Shown here piece by piece: positions 28,274 to 38,335 of a stretch of DNA of 64,000 bases. Location: the IMG/VR virus record IMGVR_UViG_3300031758_000059. One strand, given 5' to 3'. Numbering within the stretch: position 1 is the first letter of the stretch; each line of letters opens with the position of its first letter. This DNA comes from an uncultured virus (IMG/VR IMGVR_UViG_3300031758_000059) (Duplodnaviria > Heunggongvirae > Uroviricota > Caudoviricetes > Crassvirales). A program made the translations under genes and the position numbers. Under the pieces are notes generated by a model. That model did not search any database. It saw only the letters and a list, made by a program, of their open reading frames with translations, and had not been told where the DNA came from.

Positions 28274-28733
28274 TGTTGACGTAGTACGCAACATAGTGGA
28301 GATGGTAACGGGTGTGAGCATCCTTGCCAAAAACAGAAAGCGTTTTGTGGTAGAAGCGCGTATGATATATTCAACACTTCTGCGTGAAGCAGGATATTCT
28401 CTGCCCTTCATTGCAGAGACCCTTGATAAAGACCATACCACAATCATACACTACGTTCAGTCTCTAAAAGATTTGAAGGAGACAGATATGCACACGATGC
28501 GGAAATATTTAAGATGCCGTGAGCTATTTCTTTCTGAAAAACAACCTGTAAATTTAGTTGATGATTGTGAGAATTTGAGGGCAGAAATCTATTTATTAAA
28601 AGAGGAACTTGCTCAGCTTAAAATTGCTGATGAAAGTAGGCTTATGAAAATTATTAAATTAATTGAAGAGAATACTCCGGTGGGGCACGAGTTAATTGTT
28701 GAACGCAAAATAAGAAAGATGTTCGATGACTGA
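28233..28733 (+). CDS. Second DnaA domain IV-like HTH protein, with a coiled-coil tail
   Basis: KNRKRFVVEARMIY...YSLPFIAETLDKDHTTIIHY. Confidence 0.75.
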   Translation: MELKQLSIEDQRTDVDVVRNIVEMVTGVSILAKNRKRFVVEARMIYSTLLREAGYSLPFIAETLDKDHTTIIHYVQSLKDLKETDMHTMRKYLRCRELFLSEKQPVNLVDDCENLRAEIYLLKEELAQLKIADESRLMKIIKLIEENTPVGHELIVERKIRKMFDD

Positions 28734-28911
28734 GCAGGAAAAAGATAGGGGCCACCGCATATCATTTATGACGGAGGGCTTTCACGAAGACGTGACTTCC
28801 ATCTATGAAAACTTGGTGGACAGGAGATACGACTCCGCTATCGAAAAAATCAAATCACTCATGCGAGACCTTCGAGCAACAATAAAACTTATTGAAGATG
28901 ACGATTTTTGA
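28726..28911 (+). CDS. Hypothetical protein
   Basis: Coupled 61-aa helical ORF. Confidence 0.55.
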   Translation: MTEQEKDRGHRISFMTEGFHEDVTSIYENLVDRRYDSAIEKIKSLMRDLRATIKLIEDDDF

Positions 28912-29314
28912 AACAGAGCAAGACCTTGATAGAGAGAAGAAAGCCATTAACACATTCGTAAACGTGTTCAAAGGTTCATTTAAAAAGCTTGGACCACAGG
29001 ATATTGACTATAAAGTATTCGACAAGGATGGTAATTTGATTGCGTATGCAGAGGTGAAGGGTAGATTAAAGTCTATGAAGACAGCCTACCCTCTACCTGT
29101 TGCGCTGAGTAAGGTGAGTAAGCTTATCGATAAGAGATTAAATCCCGTGCTAATATGGGCGTGTGATGACGGCATCATCTACGGCAAGGTGTTTAGCCTT
29201 GTCGGTGAAGTAAGATTAGGTGGTCGCGCTCCACGAGAAGGAGGCAATACTGATGTAGAGATGATGGTCTACTACGAACAGCAAAGAGAGTTGAAGTACG
29301 TAAGGTTTACGTAG
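28892..29314 (+). CDS. PD-(D/E)XK-fold nuclease-like protein
   Basis: DIDY...YAEVKGR motif. Confidence 0.6.
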   Translation: MKMTIFETEQDLDREKKAINTFVNVFKGSFKKLGPQDIDYKVFDKDGNLIAYAEVKGRLKSMKTAYPLPVALSKVSKLIDKRLNPVLIWACDDGIIYGKVFSLVGEVRLGGRAPREGGNTDVEMMVYYEQQRELKYVRFT

Positions 29315-29570
29315 GGTCTTCTTCCTTCCCTTTAATAGACTTAAATATGTTAGCCACTGACTCGATGGTGGTGAGACCAAGAGAGACAGCTACGAGCGTA
29401 GCTACGCTATACACTAATGAATCTGCGGGGGCTATATGGTTTTCAGAGTGAGAGTTATCCCACATCGTCCAAAATAAAAACATAGCTCCTATGATTCCTA
29501 CAAGTCTCTTGCTTGAGTTGTTGCTTTCGGAGGAGAAGAATCCTCCAATCCAATTAAAAATCTTTTTCAT
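29307..29570 (-). CDS. Holin-like two-TM protein
   Basis: SSKRLVG followed by two hydrophobic helices. Confidence 0.5.
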   Translation of the reverse strand: MKKIFNWIGGFFSSESNNSSKRLVGIIGAMFLFWTMWDNSHSENHIAPADSLVYSVATLVAVSLGLTTIESVANIFKSIKGKEEDPT

Positions 29571-29901
29571 TTGATGTGCTATCTATTGTTGTTTTTGTTT
29601 TGCCCCAAAAGTTTTTCTTTTCAGTAATAAATACAGTGTCTCTAACAACAGTTGACTTTGTTATTTTGATAGTCTCTTTCAAAGTCTTTATCTCGTTTCT
29701 CATATTGTCAACCTTCTTCACCACTTCCTTTACTACTTGCTCTGTTTTTTTGTCTGCTATCTTTAGTGCAACTACAGAGGAGTCGCTTGTCTTTATACTC
29801 TTAATCAAAATGCTATCTACTGCAGGCATAGCCTCCGGCTGCACCTTCAGCTCCTGCTGACAAGAGATAAGTATGAATGGTATAAGTAATATCTTTCTCA
29901 T
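29554..29901 (-). CDS. Lipoprotein, possible o-spanin
   Basis: Signal peptide with lipobox MRKILLIPFILIS-C; coiled coil; RDTVFIT. Confidence 0.55.
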   Translation of the reverse strand: MRKILLIPFILISCQQELKVQPEAMPAVDSILIKSIKTSDSSVVALKIADKKTEQVVKEVVKKVDNMRNEIKTLKETIKITKSTVVRDTVFITEKKNFWGKTKTTIDSTSNEKDF

Positions 29902-30158
29902 TTTATTTTACCCAATTCTTGTAACAACATTAATTTAGAATTAGCTGCAGACTGAAGGCTATCAGACCTGCGAAGCTGTTGAGTCAGTGCATCTATCTTC
30001 GACTCAAGTACTTCAATCTTTTGTCCCTGCTTTTCTATTTGGTTGCTGTAGTTAATCTTTAAATCTACATAGAGATATCCTACTGCTATCAGGCAGAGGA
30101 ACATCACAGCCTTTACGGGTTCTTTTACAAATTCCGAAAATGATATTGGTAGTGCCAT
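29898..30158 (-). CDS. N-anchored coiled-coil membrane protein, possible i-spanin
   Basis: One N-terminal TM segment then heptad repeats; overlaps the lipoprotein start. Confidence 0.5.
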   Translation of the reverse strand: MALPISFSEFVKEPVKAVMFLCLIAVGYLYVDLKINYSNQIEKQGQKIEVLESKIDALTQQLRRSDSLQSAANSKLMLLQELGKIK

Positions 30159-30162
30159 TGTA

Positions 30163-33100
30163 TTATTGTTTAAGTGATTGCTTTTCTTTTCTAATTTCTT
30201 TTTTCATTTGTTCTACTTCATAAAGAGTACCACCGGGTCCGTACATTTCATTGTACATATCAGGATAATATTTTTTCATATCTTCTTTACTCATCTTTTT
30301 TCCTGCTCCCTTTTCTTTCTTCACCCCACTTTCATTGGTAGTTGCGTTGCGCTTTGCATCATTGACAGAAGAACGAATAACTGAGTTAACCTCTGATGGA
30401 GCAAGACCGATATTGGTTAAAAGTGCAGGGGCAATAAGTAACGCAAGTGCTTCCCTGTCTGACTCTGATAAATACTTTTCGCGACCATAGTCATCTTTAA
30501 AAGAACCACCTGAAGAGAGATTAGCTATATCATATAACTGAAGAGCTCTATCTGCTGTGATACCAAATAAACCAAGACTTTGTACTAAATCTTGTTTATT
30601 ACCTGAGTAAATTGATAGCCTATCTTCATCAGCTACTTCTAATGCGTTTTGTACTTTTTCAAGAGCGCCCGCTGCGCCTGCCTGTACAATCTTATCTGTA
30701 AGCGGAAGAGGAGAAAACATGTCCGCAACGGTGCTTGTAAGCTGACCTTTCACGATAGCGTCCATCTTCTTCTTATCCTTCTCCTCATCATCTTCTCTTC
30801 CCATCACCTGCTTAACAAGTGCTGCAATTAATAGTGCTGAGCCAACTGAAATCATTCTAAAGGTCGCCATCTCTACACCAAAACCTGCAAGTGAACGAGC
30901 GGCAATCTTCTTGTCTTCTACGGTTGACACATTAGACATGAGCGTTCCGAGGTCAGCGCCAAGCCTTGCAGATTGGTTCATTCTAAATGAAGCAAACGGC
31001 ATAAGCATCTTAATCATCACCTGCTTTGTAGGTTCTTTACCTGCAAAGAGTTTACCGGCAAGGTCCGCGTCAGATATGTTTTGTTGACGGTCAACCATAC
31101 GCTGAGCATAATCAGCTGCTTTTTTATTTATCTCATGCGTATTATAATCAATAGTCTTAGGATTGATACCTTGCTTTTCAAGAGACTGCTCATAATAAGT
31201 CATCCAAGAAGAGCGCGCAATGAATACATCGGGCTTTACCAAGAATATTTCAAGCCATTTTCTATTGGCTTCCTCTATATACTGAAGTGATTTTTCTCCT
31301 TTTGATTTAGCTGCTTTATCAATTAACTTATCAATAGATTCTATTTGAGCTTGTGACTCAACACCACGATTAGCAATGGCATATCCTGAGTTGCTAATAA
31401 ATTTATTTTTTGCAGGATTAGTTACTGCTCCGATGTCTAAACCACCACCATTAATAAGCGTGTTCATAGCCACAGGTATAACCTGTTTAACAGGCTGTAA
31501 CACACCGCCAAGAGACTGACCGACACCAATAGCTGCAATTTTATTAAGTCTTCTTACTGCTCTTGACAGCTCATCATTTGAGTATGGATTCTTGTTACGA
31601 ATGTTATTTACAAAAAGACTAATCCTGTCTTTTAATATCTCTGCATCTTCGGCTTGTGGTACCACTTTTTTAAGTGATGCTGAGTTAAGAAAGCTTTCTA
31701 CTTGTCTGATTGGACCTGCTGTTTTAATATCAACAAGCGCGTCATACATAGCGTTAGCATTATTCTTATCAAAAGAAAGGTCGATATACATGCTTGTCTC
31801 TCCATTCTTTGGGTTTTTTGGAAGAGATTCAGGGCGAGTAGCCTCCATAAGCACGCCTGTTTCTTTCTTATAAATGGTTCCATTATTGACGTGGAACGCC
31901 ATATCATCTGTAGCAATCTCAACTGTGCCTGTCTCAGTGCTCAGATTTGTAAACTTATCAGGGTTATAGTTGATGTCTTTGCCTAATATTTTGTTGTACA
32001 CATTGAGCGATACATCAGCAAGCTCTTCATATTTATTAGCCCACTGCGCTTGCCAAAAGTTTACTGCATCCATATTAGTCTTGTCAACATTTGCGCTAAC
32101 CTCATCCATGTTAGTAGCGTCTTTTAAAATCTTATCATAAACCTCCTGATATACTTTAGATTTTTCTACCTCTTGCTCGTTTCCTTTTTCAAGTTCAGCG
32201 ATAGATTCATTGACAAGGTTTTTTCTTCTATCAAACTCAGCCTTCATCTCAGCTTCACTACCAATAACATTACGCATCATAAATGCTGTCATACCACGTT
32301 CTACGTTATTAAAGTCTGTATTAAAGGCTTCACCGTTTGCCTTCTTTTCGTAGAATTTTTTAACATAGTCATTGACAATAGCGTTGGCTTCTGCCTGTCC
32401 TGCTGACTTTCCATTCTTTAGGTCTGTTACGCCTGACTTGTCCTCAACCATGCCACCACGCTCAAAACCTTTGAACATCTTTTCAAATAAGATATTTAGA
32501 TTGGTTGTTTGCTCACCTAAAAATCTCCCAAGTGGTTTAGACCAATACTTACGAAGAGGGGATGCTTTAATCCCCTTGTTTGCTAATTCTTTTGCGTTGA
32601 CTCTTCCTGTATAAGAACGAACCACTGATTCCATTTTTGCAGTAGAACCGTTCTGAATAAAGTTCATAAGACCATCAACAGCTTCTAATGCTTCTTTTGG
32701 ACTTAGCTCGTCAAGCTTCATATTCATGAACTCGCCTACTACTTTTTTCTGTGATGGGGTGTAGCTTACTTCTTCACCGGTGAATAGGTCTTTACCGGTC
32801 TTGATAGACTCCTTAATCATAGTGGAGTAAATATCAAAAGCCTTATTGATAGCGGAGCGCACAAGCTTTTCGTTATCCTTTGGCATCTCTTTATCTTTAG
32901 CGAGAAGCTCAACGAGCTGTTCGTAGTTCAGTTCAGATGCGTCTACGCCAAGCAGTTCTTGTATCTCGGCTACCTTCATGTCGAATAACTTCTGACGCTG
33001 AGCATCCATCTCTCTATTGATATAAGGAACAAGCTCATCTTGTCTAACAATATCTGCGAACTTCACATCTTTACCACGTATGGACGAGCCCTTGATTGAC

Positions 33101-36100
33101 TCGCTCAGCATAGATGCCATTTGATTATAGGCATCAATATCCTCAACCATTGAAGGGTCTATTTCTACGAATTGCGACCCAAGGTCTCTTAGGTTTGCAG
33201 CCTTGTCTTTGTTTTTAGATAGCTTACGAATCTGCCTGCGCATAATGGTTGCAGCACCCAACTTATTAGCATACTCTGCGTCAGCAAATACCTTTTCTGC
33301 GTAGTCTACAAATTTATCTACCGCTATCTGACTGTCAAGATTAAGTTTACCTATTCTATTGATAAGAGCATTGACCTTCTTAACGTCCATCTTACCGTCA
33401 GTTCCCATTTTGCGAACTACGTCAATAAGTTGCTTGCGTTTTTTATTCAGGTCACCTTTTGCTTCACGAGCAGCACGAGCTTCAAGTCTTATTTGGTCTT
33501 TGAGTGCAGCCATCTCGTCAACGGTAACCTTAGTCTTTTTCTGTCCTAATATTTTTTGTGCAGAAGGAGCGCGTCTTGGCTCTTTGCCTCCAAGCAAATT
33601 ATCAAACACACGAGTTATCTCAGGCGTAAGCTCAACATCTATACTACTATCCTTGATGAACTTGTAGATATTAGTAAGCCATGTTCTTAACTTTTCAAAT
33701 ACGCTTTTCAGGGATTGATTAGGGGCTTTGCCATTTCTAAGGTAGCGCTCAAATCCTCTTGCAAACTTCTCTTCTGCCGCAACTGACCATTGGTCATCTT
33801 TCACTCCGGACCATGTTTTTGCTGCCTCATAGTCTCTTGCAAACATAGGGTCACGCTGAGCTAATTGCTCAAGCATTCTACGACCAAGGTGCCCTGTCGC
33901 TTCGTGCGCAAGCGTTGAGATGTCAGCTCCTTTAAAAATATAAATAGAAGCTTTGTTATCATTTGAGAAGTCAATAGCTCCTTTAATTTTACCACCTTCT
34001 TGTTGGAAGGCGATAACAGGATTCATTCTATCAGCGTCAGTAATCTTTGTCGAAAGCCAACTTTTACCATTTGCATCAGTTACAATTTGCGCATCGGTAC
34101 GCATCTTTTTAATCGTATCGCCAAGTGACTCGTATTTACTAACGACTGTCTCTTGGTCATCGTCTAAGTCTTGCCTAAAATTGTCTTCATCTACATCGCT
34201 ATCATACTCATCAGGCTGACCAAGCCTTTCCGCATTCCTTCTTTCAAGTGCATATACGGTATCATCATGCACATACATATCTGCTGACCATGATATTAAA
34301 TCACTTATGTCCATTTGCTCAAACTCTGTACGCACATCATTTTCTACAATATCATATATCCGGGCCCAAGAAACGCTTTCTGCTTCAGGATTATTTTTAA
34401 AGTAATTATCAAGATGAAATGTTACATATCCTGCCATCCATTCATCCTCTTTATAATTTTCAGCGTCTTCTCTTGTAATGTTGTCTACATCATCAAACTG
34501 CTTTTTAATATCATAGTCTATTTCATCCATTCTAATATTAGCTTCATCATCTACTAAGTCAGGTATATTGTAAATAATAACTTCATCTTTTGGAGCTACA
34601 GTTATAGAAAAAGCTGAAGAGTCTACTACCATCATCTCTACTCCACCATAATCTATTGTATCACCATGGTCAAGTCTACTTTCATTTCCTTCAATAATTT
34701 CATAAGGAGCTCGCCCTGACTCGCTGATATATCCTTCAATGGTAGCAATAGTAAATGGCGCGGGGAATCTAAGTTCCGTAGCTCCGCTCTCTGCAGCATG
34801 TTTAATGGCTTCTCTAAATAGTCTTAGCTCATGTACTTTCTGAGACGCAGCAAACTGCTTGAGCATTAAGTTCCCTTCATCGGACTTCTTAATCTCTTCA
34901 ACCCTTTTAGCTATGTATTTCTGTCTTTCTTCTTTTTGTATATTATATTCTTCTTTGTTGTACAGGTCTCTTAGTTGATTATATCTTGAATCGCCTAAAG
35001 CTTGTTCCCCTTCTTCCATTGCTTTTGCAATTGTTCTTGCTGAATCTACTTTTCTTGCAGCCAATACAACAGTTAAATATTCACCTATTTCATCTACTGT
35101 ATACCCAATTCGAGGAATATAGGATGGCGCATAAGACATTTGCTCAATGATATTTTCAGGGTCTGACTTTTTAAATACTTGAACAATTCTGTTGCCATTT
35201 GCGTCATTAAATATCTTAGTCTCTAAATCAAAATCATTCTTCATTATGTCTACATACTTCTTATCAAGCGCTACTGTGAAGTTTTTATTTAGATACTCGT
35301 TAATCTCGTCTTCAGTAATTTTTGAAGCATATAAATCATTGGCCTTATTCTTTTGAAAGTAATCGCTTTGAAGCTCAGCTAAATTGTATATTCCTTTTTC
35401 TTTATTAAACCATCCACGAATGTGACCGAAGAGACCTTTGTTTATCTCAGCATCGTTTTTAATATTATTTCTATCAGCTATCCATCTTTCAACATCAGCT
35501 TTTGGTCCTGCCGTGCCAATGTATTGCGAAACTTCAGCTTGTGTTACATCGGATGGCATATCAGCGTCAATAGCTACATACTGCTCTGTACCCGGAAGCT
35601 GTTTGATATTCCAAGTCTTTTGCTGTAGTCCTTGCTTTGTGAAGTCATTGCGGAAGTGACCGTACTGTCCGTGGTCAATGGGACTATTAAAGATGATAGT
35701 TTCTGCCGTTCCATAATCTTCCTTATTACCAAGATTCCCTTTACCGTATGTTGCATAGGTATTAGTGTTAATCTTTTCAAGCTTCATCACCTGTGTCTCA
35801 ACATCATCACGAAACTCATCAAAAGATATTTTCTTCTGTCCCTTGTATTTATCGTATCCAAGTACTGTGTTGATGATATCTTTTTCAATTTGCTTACCGC
35901 GAGACTTTATCATGTCGGTGACAGACTGAACGGCAACTGTACTTCCTTTCATCTTTTGAAACTCAGGAAGCTCAAATATAGCTAAGCTCACACGAGACAA
36001 GGGACGCTGAGACTGCTCAACATTTTGGAAAAGTGCACCTCCCTTTTCTTTGATAGCGTCAATATCACCGACTTTTATGTCTTCAATGAACGTATCATAA

Positions 36101-38319
36101 AAGTCATCATTGCCGGTTGTTTCTTTCCATACGTTAGCCATGGCATCGGTAAGCGCCATCTGTACGTCAATCTCTTCTTGTGTTATCCCTTCTTTCCCTG
36201 TTTGAGCGGAGACCAAGACCCCTGCATTTTTGACTCTGTCAAGGGACTGCTTGATTTCTTCTCGCTTTGGAGAAGGTTGTACACGCTCTTGCTGAGCTGT
36301 AGGGAGCTTAATTTCCGTGGGCGTGGGGAGAACAGGCTCTCCGAGTCGTTGTACCCCTTTATCTTGTATACTTTCATAAACTAAATTTTCTACTTGATTA
36401 ACTAATTCAGGATTTGTCCCTTCTTTTTTAGATGCAACATAGGCATCGTATACTGCATCTTGAACGGGTATCCCTTCAGTTTTAGGTATTAGGTTCATAA
36501 CAGGAGCCAACTGCTCATCGGTAAAAGCAGCAACAGACTCTCTTGTTATCTCAGGCTGTGTCTTTAAAGACACTACTTTTTCTTCCGTGACTTCAGGCGT
36601 GACACCTTCTTCGGTAACGACTTCAGGTTTTGATTGGGGTTCTCCTTGCGCCACTTCTTCGCTAATTCCGGTAGTTGGCTGTACAGGTACTTCACCTGCT
36701 GCTTGCTTTTGAACGGCATCTTCTTTTGGTTTAGTTATGATTGATTGAATCTGATTGTTTATTTCTTGTATTTGCTGCTTCTCCAATACCACTAATACAT
36801 CGTCTTTGTTTTGTATTTTAGTGGCAAGCTCATCTCTTTTTTTGAGAAGTGTAGCAATCTTTGCTTTATCTTCAACACTAACATCTAAATCTTTTACAGA
36901 GTTAGATACCTGTTGAGTCTTATCAAAAACATACAGCGATTGCTTTGCGTCATCTTCTGTTATAGTCCCCTTATCTACAGCATCTTTAAGTTTCTTTTGT
37001 AATACCAATCGAGCATTGTCGACATTAGCAACCTCAAGTTGTTCAGCAGTAATATCCGAATTTGCAGGAACATTATAAAGATTATTAATATTGTCAGCTT
37101 TTTCGCCAAGCACTTCCCCAATCTTGTCTTTCGCTTGATACGTTTTAACTTTATTGTTAATGTAATTTTTTGCTTGTGCTGCAGATATAGGCGCAGTAAA
37201 TATTACACCACTCCCTGCTCCGGTAACAAACGCATCAGCAACCCCTTCAAATGTTGGTTTTCCTGCAATAACATTTTGAGTTATTTGGGTAGCAGCTTCT
37301 TCGATTCCTTCGCCTGCAAAACCCGCAGCAGCTCCTGTCTTTTCTAATGCTTTCTTATAGGTTTGAACAAGACCATTCTTCAAAATATCTTTAGCAGCTT
37401 CCTTCCCTTCTCTCTTTGCAATATCTCTATACGCCCTACCAATAGTAGCCGACCCTAACGATTCAAACACTGATTCAGCCGCAGACATACCAAGAGCCTT
37501 CAACGTTTTCTCTGACTCTTTCATCTCAGGGTCCATCTCTTCAAGTTCTTTTCTTTGACTTTCAGTTAGACCAACTGTAGTAATAGCTGCAAGACGAGCG
37601 GGTGCCATATAAGCCCCTGCCATCATCATTGTAGCGCTAAGAGGAGCTGATTGAGCTATGCTTGAACCAAGTAGTTCAAACGCTTCTTGATAGTTTCCTT
37701 TTTGAAAGTTACCCACAATACTTGGGTCATCATAGTTTTGGGCTATATATTTTGATACATCACCCTTTATAACCTTTTGGCTTTCTTGTATGTAATCTAA
37801 TAATGGATTTTTAATACCAAGTTGTTTTTTTACTTGGTCTGCATTAGTGCCAATATTCCACCCTGTCTTTTCTGCTATAAAGTTCTGAGGTATAGCAAAA
37901 AGGTTTATTAGTGTTTCAGGAACAGATACGACAGCTTCATTGACGTATGATGCGCCAAGAGCAAGGTTGTTATATATATTTTTTAAATAGCTATCTCCTT
38001 CTTCTTTTTTAGGGGATTGCCCTACTATTACAGGCTTTACGGCTGTAGATTCAGCAACGGCTTTAGTCGAAGGTGATGCCAATAAAGACGGAGCCAAGGC
38101 AGATACCGTATCGTCTTTTTTTTTAGAAGGAACGGATAGACCCATTAACGATTTAAAGTCGTCAATAGATTTACTGTATCCATTACCAACAAACAAATCA
38201 TAAGAGTCTTGTACCGCCTGTGAATTTGATGCTATTAATTTCTTATAGTCATCAAGAGATTTATTGTATCCATTCTGTACGAACAGATTATATGCGTCTA
38301 TTATTGCTTGCTCGTTCAT
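30163..38319 (-). CDS. Giant 2718-aa virion cargo/ejection (polyvalent-type) protein
   Basis: Last of three helical proteins after the tail genes; GEGIEEAATQ motif; zincin-like TLAHEATGH...EEKFARGFERYL. Confidence 0.65.
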   Translation of the reverse strand: MNEQAIIDAYNLFVQNGYNKSLDDYKKLIASNSQAVQDSYDLFVGNGYSKSIDDFKSLMGLSVPSKKKDDTVSALAPSLLASPSTKAVAESTAVKPVIVGQSPKKEEGDSYLKNIYNNLALGASYVNEAVVSVPETLINLFAIPQNFIAEKTGWNIGTNADQVKKQLGIKNPLLDYIQESQKVIKGDVSKYIAQNYDDPSIVGNFQKGNYQEAFELLGSSIAQSAPLSATMMMAGAYMAPARLAAITTVGLTESQRKELEEMDPEMKESEKTLKALGMSAAESVFESLGSATIGRAYRDIAKREGKEAAKDILKNGLVQTYKKALEKTGAAAGFAGEGIEEAATQITQNVIAGKPTFEGVADAFVTGAGSGVIFTAPISAAQAKNYINNKVKTYQAKDKIGEVLGEKADNINNLYNVPANSDITAEQLEVANVDNARLVLQKKLKDAVDKGTITEDDAKQSLYVFDKTQQVSNSVKDLDVSVEDKAKIATLLKKRDELATKIQNKDDVLVVLEKQQIQEINNQIQSIITKPKEDAVQKQAAGEVPVQPTTGISEEVAQGEPQSKPEVVTEEGVTPEVTEEKVVSLKTQPEITRESVAAFTDEQLAPVMNLIPKTEGIPVQDAVYDAYVASKKEGTNPELVNQVENLVYESIQDKGVQRLGEPVLPTPTEIKLPTAQQERVQPSPKREEIKQSLDRVKNAGVLVSAQTGKEGITQEEIDVQMALTDAMANVWKETTGNDDFYDTFIEDIKVGDIDAIKEKGGALFQNVEQSQRPLSRVSLAIFELPEFQKMKGSTVAVQSVTDMIKSRGKQIEKDIINTVLGYDKYKGQKKISFDEFRDDVETQVMKLEKINTNTYATYGKGNLGNKEDYGTAETIIFNSPIDHGQYGHFRNDFTKQGLQQKTWNIKQLPGTEQYVAIDADMPSDVTQAEVSQYIGTAGPKADVERWIADRNNIKNDAEINKGLFGHIRGWFNKEKGIYNLAELQSDYFQKNKANDLYASKITEDEINEYLNKNFTVALDKKYVDIMKNDFDLETKIFNDANGNRIVQVFKKSDPENIIEQMSYAPSYIPRIGYTVDEIGEYLTVVLAARKVDSARTIAKAMEEGEQALGDSRYNQLRDLYNKEEYNIQKEERQKYIAKRVEEIKKSDEGNLMLKQFAASQKVHELRLFREAIKHAAESGATELRFPAPFTIATIEGYISESGRAPYEIIEGNESRLDHGDTIDYGGVEMMVVDSSAFSITVAPKDEVIIYNIPDLVDDEANIRMDEIDYDIKKQFDDVDNITREDAENYKEDEWMAGYVTFHLDNYFKNNPEAESVSWARIYDIVENDVRTEFEQMDISDLISWSADMYVHDDTVYALERRNAERLGQPDEYDSDVDEDNFRQDLDDDQETVVSKYESLGDTIKKMRTDAQIVTDANGKSWLSTKITDADRMNPVIAFQQEGGKIKGAIDFSNDNKASIYIFKGADISTLAHEATGHLGRRMLEQLAQRDPMFARDYEAAKTWSGVKDDQWSVAAEEKFARGFERYLRNGKAPNQSLKSVFEKLRTWLTNIYKFIKDSSIDVELTPEITRVFDNLLGGKEPRRAPSAQKILGQKKTKVTVDEMAALKDQIRLEARAAREAKGDLNKKRKQLIDVVRKMGTDGKMDVKKVNALINRIGKLNLDSQIAVDKFVDYAEKVFADAEYANKLGAATIMRRQIRKLSKNKDKAANLRDLGSQFVEIDPSMVEDIDAYNQMASMLSESIKGSSIRGKDVKFADIVRQDELVPYINREMDAQRQKLFDMKVAEIQELLGVDASELNYEQLVELLAKDKEMPKDNEKLVRSAINKAFDIYSTMIKESIKTGKDLFTGEEVSYTPSQKKVVGEFMNMKLDELSPKEALEAVDGLMNFIQNGSTAKMESVVRSYTGRVNAKELANKGIKASPLRKYWSKPLGRFLGEQTTNLNILFEKMFKGFERGGMVEDKSGVTDLKNGKSAGQAEANAIVNDYVKKFYEKKANGEAFNTDFNNVERGMTAFMMRNVIGSEAEMKAEFDRRKNLVNESIAELEKGNEQEVEKSKVYQEVYDKILKDATNMDEVSANVDKTNMDAVNFWQAQWANKYEELADVSLNVYNKILGKDINYNPDKFTNLSTETGTVEIATDDMAFHVNNGTIYKKETGVLMEATRPESLPKNPKNGETSMYIDLSFDKNNANAMYDALVDIKTAGPIRQVESFLNSASLKKVVPQAEDAEILKDRISLFVNNIRNKNPYSNDELSRAVRRLNKIAAIGVGQSLGGVLQPVKQVIPVAMNTLINGGGLDIGAVTNPAKNKFISNSGYAIANRGVESQAQIESIDKLIDKAAKSKGEKSLQYIEEANRKWLEIFLVKPDVFIARSSWMTYYEQSLEKQGINPKTIDYNTHEINKKAADYAQRMVDRQQNISDADLAGKLFAGKEPTKQVMIKMLMPFASFRMNQSARLGADLGTLMSNVSTVEDKKIAARSLAGFGVEMATFRMISVGSALLIAALVKQVMGREDDEEKDKKKMDAIVKGQLTSTVADMFSPLPLTDKIVQAGAAGALEKVQNALEVADEDRLSIYSGNKQDLVQSLGLFGITADRALQLYDIANLSSGGSFKDDYGREKYLSESDREALALLIAPALLTNIGLAPSEVNSVIRSSVNDAKRNATTNESGVKKEKGAGKKMSKEDMKKYYPDMYNEMYGPGGTLYEVEQMKKEIRKEKQSLKQ

Positions 38320-38335
38320 TGTGACCTAAAGTTAA

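Noticed and set aside
15867..29314. Stop-codon reassignment as in some crAss-like phages
   Set aside because: Genes are long and tightly packed in the standard code, and TAA, TAG and TGA all end plausible genes.
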